48,196 nt of DNA from contig CAYGQE010000001.1 in the NCBI GenBank assembly GCA_964351995.1, positions 1 to 48,196 on the forward strand, read 5' to 3'. Below, one piece after another: positions 9,018 through 17,400 of this stretch. The stretch comes from an uncultured Acidimicrobiaceae bacterium. Lineage in GTDB: Bacteria > Actinomycetota > Acidimicrobiia > Acidimicrobiales > SZUA-35. Both the position numbers and the translations under genes were made by a program. Every line of letters begins with the position of its first letter. Within the stretch, counting starts at the first letter, position 1. A model generated the notes under the pieces. It ran no database searches. It was not told the origin of the DNA and was given only the letters and a program-made list of their open reading frames with translations.

Positions 9018-9706
9018 TTGGAGCTCAGCACGTCGAGCAGAGCTGACGAGGTGGCAACCGCACCGAAGACTCCACCTTGCATCTTCACCATGTGCAGCGC
9101 AGCAAGGTAGTTGCCGTGATCGGTTGCTCCCGTGCAGTCCTCCAACAGCAAGCACTCGAAGCCGCGATCGTTTGCTTCTCGCATCGTGGTGTGGACACAG
9201 ACATCGGTGGTGATGCCGGTGAAGATCAGGTGGGTGATGCCCTTGTTCCGCAAGATCAATTCAAGATCGGTGGCATAGAAACTGCCTTTGCCCGGCTTGT
9301 CGATGATGTGCTCGCCCTCGATCGGGTAGACCTCGGGGACGATGTCCCACCCGGCTTCACCTCGCACCAAGATCCGGCCGCACGGGCCGGGGTCGCCAAT
9401 GCCGGCACCGATCTGCTGCGATCGCCACAGCTTGTTGGCCGGAAGGTCGGCCAAATCGGGCGAGTGCCCTTCTCGTGTGTGAATGACGTACATGCCTGCT
9501 TCTCGAGCGGCGGCAAGCACCTTGGCTGTTGGCTCGAGACCGGCCCTGGTCAGGTTCAGGTCGTAGCCCATGGCATCGACGTAGCCACCGGGACCGCAGA
9601 AGTCGGTCTGCCAGTCGATCAGCATCAGCGCCGTCTTGGATGGATCGATCGAGCCGTCGTATGGCCATGTGTACGGATCAGCGGCAACGGGTGGATAGGT
9701 GGTCAT
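9014..9706 (-). CDS. Isochorismatase-family cysteine hydrolase (biuret-hydrolase / N-carbamoylsarcosine-amidase-like)
   Basis: The protein is 230 aa with the isochorismatase-like fold. A catalytic Cys context ([12 protein letters not shown]) and an Asp/Lys triad context ([12 protein letters not shown]) are present. It is coupled by stop/start overlap to allophanate hydrolase downstream. Confidence 0.75.
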   Translation of the reverse strand: MTTYPPVAADPYTWPYDGSIDPSKTALMLIDWQTDFCGPGGYVDAMGYDLNLTRAGLEPTAKVLAAAREAGMYVIHTREGHSPDLADLPANKLWRSQQIGAGIGDPGPCGRILVRGEAGWDIVPEVYPIEGEHIIDKPGKGSFYATDLELILRNKGITHLIFTGITTDVCVHTTMREANDRGFECLLLEDCTGATDHGNYLAALHMVKMQGGVFGAVATSSALLDVLSSK

Positions 9707-9924
9707 GAGGAAGCCTCCGGTTGGAAGAGTGTGAGGGTGTTGATGACGGCACCAGTTGTTCCGACTGCCACGGTGACCGACTCATCGCCCCAATCGTTGG
9801 AGCATCGAACTGTGCTGTGGACGGTCGTTTCGAAGCCACTGCCACAAACCACGATCACACCCGTGCTCGCGTCGAGCATGCCGTCGTACGGCCAGGCAGA
9901 CGGAGTGGTGTCAGGCGCAAGCAT
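9703..9924 (-). CDS. Small hypothetical protein (73 aa) in the coupled operon
   Basis: ATG at 9924 with a GGAGG RBS 7 nt upstream. A TGATG overlap links it to the upstream gene, and an ATGA overlap links it to the downstream gene. It contains a WPYDG motif that also occurs at the N-terminus of the adjacent isochorismatase-like protein. Confidence 0.45.
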   Translation of the reverse strand: MLAPDTTPSAWPYDGMLDASTGVIVVCGSGFETTVHSTVRCSNDWGDESVTVAVGTTGAVINTLTLFQPEASS

Positions 9925-10661
9925 CAGGTGACCTCCAGGAGAAACCGGTGGACCGCCGCAGCAAAGTCGTCCGGTTGATCGATCAAAACGTGATGGCCGC
10001 AGTTGTCGATCGTTGCAACGTCCGACGACCCTCCAGCGAGGAGGGCAGCCACGCGATGTCGGGCGGCACTTGAGTGAGCACCAACCGTCGTGAGATGCGG
10101 GACAGGGAGTGTCCGCACCTCAGTCGCCGGCGGTTGATACTCACTGAAATGCCGGACTTCACGACAGATCGTGGCGATGTGATCAGCGGCCCAGAGATGA
10201 GCCACAGCCGGCATTCGCTGCCAGCTCTTGGCCCCATACAGACCTTCGAGAAAACCCTCGGCTGCTTCAGGCGTCGGAGTCGCTTCCAGCGCATTCGCTC
10301 CACCCCGCACCCGGTCGTCGATCTCTGGCTCGAGATGGCCGATCAACGGTTCATGGCTCACCGCTGCAACCAGTCCGTCGATGCCGCGAGCGGCACAGGC
10401 TAACGCCAGCGTCGCTCCCCCGCTCACCCCAACAAGAGCAGCCGGAGCACGGGCGGCGACCATCTCGGCGAGACCGTCGACCTGCTCGGCGAGATTGGCA
10501 ACCGCAGGGATCAGGCCATAGCCAGGACGGGTCACCGCCGCCGACGTCGACCCAAAGTCGAGATCGTCGAACAGGCCGGGCCAGAGGCCAACCCCGTGAA
10601 CGCACAAGATGGTGAGCGCAGCACGCTGTTCGACCACGCGCTCGGAAGTCTCGAGAGGCAT
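9924..10661 (-). CDS. Alpha/beta-fold hydrolase
   Basis: An HG oxyanion motif (LCVHGVG), a GxSxG nucleophile (GVSGG) and a C-terminal His (NCGHHVL) are present. The start is ATG at 10661. The track ORF extends to a TTG at 10883, so the N-terminal extent is uncertain. Confidence 0.7.
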   Translation of the reverse strand: MPLETSERVVEQRAALTILCVHGVGLWPGLFDDLDFGSTSAAVTRPGYGLIPAVANLAEQVDGLAEMVAARAPAALVGVSGGATLALACAARGIDGLVAAVSHEPLIGHLEPEIDDRVRGGANALEATPTPEAAEGFLEGLYGAKSWQRMPAVAHLWAADHIATICREVRHFSEYQPPATEVRTLPVPHLTTVGAHSSAARHRVAALLAGGSSDVATIDNCGHHVLIDQPDDFAAAVHRFLLEVT

Positions 10662-11102
10662 GCTCAGCGCATCGTCGCCCCGCCGTTCTAACAAGCGCGA
10701 AGCGGTCTGGTGGTGCTGGATGATCGTCTGGTTGACACGATCGGCAATGAGGAGATCGTGCAGCCGTACGATGCGGATGCGCTCGTATACACAAGCGTCG
10801 AAGGTATGGAAGACGTGTTTCGGGGGTGTTGCCCAGCGGTGAGCAGCCGGGGTCGGCCACCTGAACGGGAACCGTTTCGTCAACGTTCAGTCGGAGAGTT
10901 CAAGCTGGCAACCCAGCGAACGGATTGAACATCAACCGCATGCCGCCGGGGACGATTGCCTCGACATGATCGTTGCCTTCAACCCCTCCGGGAACTCAAG
11001 AACCTGATGGCGGTAGAACGCCACCGCCATGTCGGCCACCATCACTCCGATTGCATCAGCTCGAATGGTCATGACGCCGCGACGAAGCGGTACAACTTCT
11101 CC

Positions 11103-11444
11103 ATGACTGTCGTGAAGATCAACGCACTCGAGATTCCACCCCAGGCCGGCGATGAAATCGTCAAGCGATTCACCGCTCGCATGTCGAGCCTGGCTGATGT
11201 CGCTGGCTTCGAGGGATTCGAACTCCTTCGCCCGACGGGAGAGGCCGAAACCCGCTGGTTCGTCTACACCCGCTGGGCTGACCAAGCGGCATATGAAGGC
11301 TGGCGTGACGGCGATGGTGCTCAGAACGCGCACGCCAAGCCGAACGGAGCCGAAGAGGGCGAAGCGCCGCAGCGCCCCGTCAGCATGGGCGCCACCCTGC
11401 TCGAGTTCGAGGTCGAGGTCGAGGTCGGCCCCAGCGGCAAGTAG
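11103..11444 (+). CDS. Antibiotic-biosynthesis-monooxygenase (ABM) domain protein
   Basis: The ABM ferredoxin-like fold segments are present (MTVVKINALEIPP...FEGFELLRP...WFVYTRWADQAAYEGW). The start is at the internal ATG 11103. The C-terminus carries an EVEVEV repeat encoded by (gaggtc)x3. Confidence 0.7.
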   Translation: MTVVKINALEIPPQAGDEIVKRFTARMSSLADVAGFEGFELLRPTGEAETRWFVYTRWADQAAYEGWRDGDGAQNAHAKPNGAEEGEAPQRPVSMGATLLEFEVEVEVGPSGK

Positions 11445-11617
11445 TACCGGGGTCAGGTCCCTTCAACTTCAACTTCACGTCCGACGAGAGCTGAAGCGAA
11501 CGGCCCTGATCCCGTTTGGAGAATTGGGGAACTCTTGGGGATGTGAAGCCGTTCACAGTCTCAACACCTGCGGCGTGCCAACATGGTCACGTCATCGCCG
11601 ACTGGAGAGGGGGCCGG

Positions 11618-12280
11618 GTGTCTGAGTTCTTTGAAATCGTGTTCGGCCTACCCACGATCCTGTTCACTGCCGCGCTCGCCATCAGCCTCGGCTTCTTCCT
11701 CATCACCTTCCTGTTCGGTGTGGGCGAAGGTGGAGGAAGCGACTTCGACGTCGAGCTCGATGCTGGCGGTCCAGACGCTGGCGGGTCTGACGGTGCCGAC
11801 GGCGACAGCACCGGTGCACTCGCTGGCCTGCTCCAAGCCGCCAACCTGCACATACTTCCGCTGGCCCTGACCTTCGCCATCGTCTCGCTGGTCGGCTGGT
11901 TCATTTCAGCGGTGTGCACCCTGTTGCTCACCTCGGACAACTCTCCCAACTTCGCAGCATCGCTTGCCTTCGTGCTCACTGGCCTCGCCGGAGGCATCTT
12001 CGTTGCCGGTCGAGTCGGTAACCTTCTCAGCCCGATCTTCGTGCCCGCTGTCCACGTCAAGCGCCGTGACCTCATCGGCCGCCTGTGCACCGTGCAGACC
12101 GGCCGAGTCGACCGAAACTTCGGTCAAGCCGAAGTGGTCGACGGCGAACGAAGTACTCATCTCATCCAAGTCCGATGCGAGATCGACAACGATCTTCGCT
12201 CGGGCATGCGTGCCCTCATCGTCGATGTCGACGACGACGGCCGCTTCATCGTGTCGCCCGACGTGAAAGACCTCGTCTGA
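11618..12280 (+). CDS. NfeD-like membrane protein (YuaF/NfeD short form) with C-terminal OB-fold
   Basis: GTG at 11618 with a GGAGAGG RBS 8 nt upstream. There are two or three TM helices, a Gly/Asp-rich linker and a C-terminal beta-rich domain. The position immediately upstream of a flotillin gene is the classic nfeD-floT arrangement. Confidence 0.65.
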   Translation: MSEFFEIVFGLPTILFTAALAISLGFFLITFLFGVGEGGGSDFDVELDAGGPDAGGSDGADGDSTGALAGLLQAANLHILPLALTFAIVSLVGWFISAVCTLLLTSDNSPNFAASLAFVLTGLAGGIFVAGRVGNLLSPIFVPAVHVKRRDLIGRLCTVQTGRVDRNFGQAEVVDGERSTHLIQVRCEIDNDLRSGMRALIVDVDDDGRFIVSPDVKDLV

Positions 12281-12365
12281 CCGGCGCCAGAGCCACACAG
12301 CAAGAGCACGACCGAAGCATCGAAAGCATCAAGTACCGAACACCAAGCATCGAAAGCAGAAACGC

Positions 12366-14327
12366 ATGGGCACCATCATCCTCATTCTCGTCTTCCTGGT
12401 CCTGGGAGTCCTGGCCTTCGCCGTCCTGGCCGGCCTGGTGTACTCATCGCTGTACAAGAAGGTGCCACAGGGCAAGGCACTCGTTGTCTCCACGGCCAAG
12501 AACGTCGAGGTGACCTTCACTGGTCGCCTTGTGATCCCCGTGATCCACAAGGCCGAGATGATGGACATCTCGGTCAAGACCATCGAGATCGATCGCAGAG
12601 CGCACGAGGGTCTGATCTGCGAAGACAACATCCGAGCCGACATCAAGGTCAATTTCTTCGTTCGGGTCAACAAGGCCGAAGAAGACGTGATCAAAGTGGC
12701 TCAAGCCATTGGTTGCGAGCGAGCCAGCCAGGTCGAAACCTTGGAAGAGCTCTTCACCGCAAAGTTCTCCGAGGCGCTCAAGACCGTCGGCAAGCAGATG
12801 GAGTTCATCTCGCTCTACACCGAGCGGGCCAGCTTCCGTGACCGCATCATCGAGGTCATCGGCACCGACCTCAACGGCTACAGCCTCGAAGACGTCGCCA
12901 TCGACTTCCTCGAGCAGACGCCGCTGAGCCAGCTCGACGCCGACAACATCCTCGACTCACAGGGCATTCGCAAGATCACCGAGCTGACCGCCATCGAGAA
13001 GGTCGCTACCAACAACGCTGCCAACGACGAGCGAAAGCAGATCACAGCCAAGAACGTCGAGACCCGTGAAGCCGTGCTCGAACTCGAGCGCCAGCAGGCC
13101 GATGCCGAGGCTCGGCAACGTCGAGAGATTCAGGGCGTGCAGGCTCGCGAGCAAGCCACAATCGACACAATTACCGCCGAAGAGCGACTGCGGGCCGAGA
13201 TGGCCGCGATCGAAGTCGACCAGAAGCTTGGCGTCGAACGAGAAAACCTGCAGCGCGAGGTCGAAGTCGCGGCGAAGAATCGTGAGCGCGTCCTCGCCGT
13301 CGAAGAAGAGCGAGTCAAGAAAGCCGCCGAACTCGAAGACATGAGCCGCCAAGTCGAGACGCTCGCTGCCGAGAAGGCACTCGAAACCGAGATGGGCACG
13401 ATCGCCGAGATTCGCCGAAGCCGCATTGCCATCGACAAGACCGTGGCCGAACAAGAAGAAGCCATCGAGACATTGCGCATGGTCGAGGAGGCGCAACGTC
13501 AGAAGCAGTCAGCAATCATCCTCGCTGAGGGTGAAGCGGAAGCCGCGCTGGTCAAGGACATAAAGGCCGCCGAAGCACAGGCGGCAGCTGCCGAACACCT
13601 GGCCGCCGAAGACGTTCGCATGGCCAAGGGTCGAATGGAGGCAAGCAACCTCGACGCCGCAGCGAAGATCAAGCTGGCCGAAGGTGTCCAGGCCGAAGCA
13701 GCCGCAGTTGGTCTGGCCGAAGTCGAAGTGCTGGAAGCCCGAGCTGCGGCCAACGAAAAGCTCGGTCTCGCCGATGTCACCGTCGAACGAGCCAAGGCCG
13801 ACGCCGTGCGTGAGCTCGGTGCCGCCGAGGCCTCCAAAGTCCGCGACGCCGGAATGGCCGAGGCTGAAGTTGTCGAGGCCAAGCTCAAGGGTGAGGCCAG
13901 CGGTCTGACCGACAAGGCTGCGGCCATGCGCGAGCTCGAAGGGGTTGGCCAAGAGCACGAGGAATTCGTGCGCAAGCTGGAAGCCGACACGAAGGTGCGG
14001 CTGGCACAAGTCGATGCATCCATCGACGTGGCGACGGCACAGGCCGATGCGATGAAGGTCGGTCTGGAGAGCGCCAACATCGACATCGTCGGCGGCTCGG
14101 ACATCTTCATCGACAAACTGGTCGGCGCCATCAGCACCGGCAAGGCCGTCGATGGCTTCGTCGAGAGTTCCGACCTTGCGTCGGCATCGCTCGAGAAGTA
14201 CCAGAACGGTGACGAGGACTTGGTGGCCAAGATCTCCGAAGCCATCGCTGGTCTCGGCGCCGACGGCATTCGCGACCTCTCCGTTGCTGATCTCCTTCGC
14301 CAGCTCGGTGCCGGTCCTCGGCCCTAG
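12366..14327 (+). CDS. Flotillin-like protein (SPFH/band-7 domain plus long EA-rich coiled coil)
   Basis: An N-terminal TM/hairpin helix and an SPFH core (KVPQGKALVVS...IKVNFFVRV) are present. An extended Glu/Ala/Arg-rich coiled-coil region of about 350 aa resembles FloT-type flotillins. Confidence 0.8.
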   Translation: MGTIILILVFLVLGVLAFAVLAGLVYSSLYKKVPQGKALVVSTAKNVEVTFTGRLVIPVIHKAEMMDISVKTIEIDRRAHEGLICEDNIRADIKVNFFVRVNKAEEDVIKVAQAIGCERASQVETLEELFTAKFSEALKTVGKQMEFISLYTERASFRDRIIEVIGTDLNGYSLEDVAIDFLEQTPLSQLDADNILDSQGIRKITELTAIEKVATNNAANDERKQITAKNVETREAVLELERQQADAEARQRREIQGVQAREQATIDTITAEERLRAEMAAIEVDQKLGVERENLQREVEVAAKNRERVLAVEEERVKKAAELEDMSRQVETLAAEKALETEMGTIAEIRRSRIAIDKTVAEQEEAIETLRMVEEAQRQKQSAIILAEGEAEAALVKDIKAAEAQAAAAEHLAAEDVRMAKGRMEASNLDAAAKIKLAEGVQAEAAAVGLAEVEVLEARAAANEKLGLADVTVERAKADAVRELGAAEASKVRDAGMAEAEVVEAKLKGEASGLTDKAAAMRELEGVGQEHEEFVRKLEADTKVRLAQVDASIDVATAQADAMKVGLESANIDIVGGSDIFIDKLVGAISTGKAVDGFVESSDLASASLEKYQNGDEDLVAKISEAIAGLGADGIRDLSVADLLRQLGAGPRP

Positions 14328-14409
14328 GGGGCCTGCCGTTCCTCGGCCCTGGGGGCCTCGTCACTAACAGAGTTGCTCGCTGGCGCTCACAACTCCCACC
14401 TGGGAAGAC

Positions 14410-17400
14410 ATGACTGATACTGAAAGTTCAACAATTGAAGAAGCACCGGCGAGCAGCAATGAGGGGATCTCGCAGGGGACCTATGACTTGCTTCGAGGGC
14501 GGCTGGAAGCCGCGGCCAAGGAACTGGTCAAGCGAGCGGATGCTCTCAACGCCCGGCGGCTTGAGGCGTTCGGTTCAGCCAAGCTCGAACTGCTGACGAC
14601 GGAACGGGTTCGGACCGAGCTCAACACGATCCCGCGCGACATCGCCAACATCGGCTCGCAGATGGTCATGGCCTACAACGCCGAGGTCGGCGTCCGGTCA
14701 GAGGTCCGACCGGAGGACGTCTTCAGCGTCCATCACCTCGAGCCCGGCTCCGAGGGCGACGCCACCCTGTGGTTCAGTCCGAACCCCAAAGGTCTCGACG
14801 GCTCAGCCCTCGATGACGACCAGTTCCGTCGTGACTTCGAAGAGCTCCACACCTACTTCAGTCAGACAAAACTCGAACAGCTCTACGCCGTTGGCCAGAA
14901 GCTGTTGGCGGTGTTTCGCACCGGCCAAGGCGAGGGCGACCTTCGCGTCTTCCGTTGGGAGATCGGACTCGACGACCAGCTGACCTACCTCGACGCTCGA
15001 GGCGATCGAGACCACCGCTTCCCGCCGTCACAAGACGTCTCGTGGACGTTGTCGACCCGCGCCGATCACGTCAACGCCACGCATGTGGGGCTGGGCGAGC
15101 GCGTGCTGATCGACCCGCTCGGCGGGTCGCTGGTGATCCAACTGGCCGATGGCGGAGGCGATGGTTCAGGCACAAAGCTGCTGAGCGATCGCCTCGACCA
15201 CGCTGACCAGAGCTTGCAGGACTGCACCATTCGCTGGGCCAGAGCTGGCGATCTGATGCTGATCGACGTGCTTCCCTACGGCGAAGTTCAGCACCGCTAC
15301 TACATCGTGAATCTGCTGGTCGACAAGGCCGTCCGCATGGATGCGCTGGGGTCTGCGTTCCGTCAGCTACCCGATGGCCAGGGCCTCATCTTTCCCGAGG
15401 GCATCTACCTCAAGACCGGCGAGATGCGAACCTTCGATGTCGACTCTGCCAACGCCGAGTTGCTCGAAGTGGTCCGCTCCCCCAACGGCGAAGACGTGCT
15501 CTACGTCTTCCACGAACGCACCTCCGGCCGTTCCATCTTGTTGCCGTACAACGTGGTGCGTCAGGAAGTGGCGGCACCGATCTGGTGTCACGGTCACACC
15601 GTGTTCGATGACGGAACGCTTGTGGTGTTTCGCGAGGAGCCAGAGCCCACACGCATCCATCCGATGCAGGTTTGGTCGACGCCGTTCGGCGCCGACGAGT
15701 GGTATGCCCAACAGCCACGCACCGCATCAAACCTTGACCGCATCGGTAACGCCAGCCTCGTCAGCGGCATCGCCGACGCACTCTCGCTGTCCCGGCTGAT
15801 CGCCGACGTCGAGCCGTCGACCGCCATCTACACCGATCTCCTGTTGTCCGCTAGCCGATTCGTCGACAGCCATCACTGGAGCGGTGACGAAACTGTTGGC
15901 AACCTGGCCGAGAGCGCCCACGACATACGTGTCGTTGCGGAGCAGGTCATCGACGAGTTCGAGCGTATGCAAGCGGTACAAGCTGCGGCCGCTGCAGCCC
16001 TGGCAGAGGCCGAAGCCGAAGCGCTCAAGATCACCGATGACCTTCGCCTCTCGCCGCCGAAGACCACCGAGGGTTTCATTGACGGCCTGGCCGCGATCCG
16101 TCGCCAGATCGGACACCTCCACACCGAGCGTGAGCGCCGCGGTATCGACATCGCTCGCATCGACGAGCTGATCACCTCGACCACCGAAATCCACGACACG
16201 CTTGCCCAGCAAGCAGCGGCTCACCTCGCCGCCGACGGAGCGTTCGAGCCGTACCACCAGCAACTCACTACGCTCTCCAACGCCACCCCCGCTGCAGCGT
16301 CGTCACTGGAAGCAACCGAGACCCTCGAAGCCGTCGATGCACTGGCTGAATCGATGGATCTGGTCGCCAACACGGTGAGCGATCTCGTCGTTGACGACCC
16401 TCGCGTGCGCACCTCGGTGCTCGAACAGGTGGCGGGCGTGCTCGCCGAGATGAATCGGGTGCGGGCCGGCATCGAAGGCAAGCGAGATGAGCTGATCCAG
16501 AACGAGACCGGCGCGGCCTTTGCCACTGAGCTCGGCTTGTTCGGCCAGTCGATCGCCACTGCAGTCAGCCGGGCCAACACCCCTGAAGCCTGCGACGACG
16601 CGTTGGCCCGTCTCTTGCTTCAGCTCGAACAACTCGAAACCGCTGGTCCCCGCACCGACGACCAGGTCGAGGAGCTCTCCACCAGGCGAGACCAGGTCAC
16701 CGAGGCACTCACGTCTCGTCGGCAGCAACTGGTCGACGATCGCCAGCAGCGAGCCGATCGACTGATCGCCGCCGCCACCCGAACCCTGGACCGAGTGGCC
16801 GAGCGGGCACAGACAATGCCGTCAGCCGACGACGTCAACGCCTTCTTCGCCGCCGACCCCATGGTCGGCCGTGTCCGCAAACTGGTCGAGGATCTCCGCG
16901 AGCTCGGTGAGCCCGTCAGAGCAGACGAATTGCAGTCACAACTCGGCGCCTCCCGGGACCGTGCCGTCCGTGCGCTGCGAGACCGCCAGGATCTCTTCGA
17001 CGGCGACGCCGTGAAGCTCGGCCGCTTTCGCTTCAGCGTGGACGATCGCACCCGCGAACTCACGCTCGTCCCCGGCGAGCATCACCTGCAGGCCGTGCTC
17101 ACCGGCACCGATCTGCGACTCCCCATCGAAGACGAACGACTTGATGCTCACAAAGAGCTCTGGGAGCAACCGCTGGCATCTGAGACGCCCAAGCTGTACC
17201 GATCAGCCTTCCTCGCCGGCGACCTCCTCCTCACCGCACTCAGTCAATTCAATTCGTCTGAACAGCTCGACGGCGAGATCTCGCTCACTATTCCAGAGCC
17301 CAAGATCGGCACGGTCGACGGTGCCGTCACGCCGGGTGACACGACCGCATTGCTCGATCAGGTCCGATCGGCGGTTGATCGGCGCCTCGGCGAGGGGTAC

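Noticed and set aside
10932-11333. 133-aa minus-strand ORF antisense to the ABM monooxygenase gene.
   Set aside because: It overlaps a gene with clear ABM-family features and has no motif of its own.
11445-11617. The cttcaa-cttcaa-cttcac mini tandem repeat upstream of nfeD, as a possible regulatory repeat.
   Set aside because: It has only three short units and no palindromic partner. This is insufficient to call a binding site.
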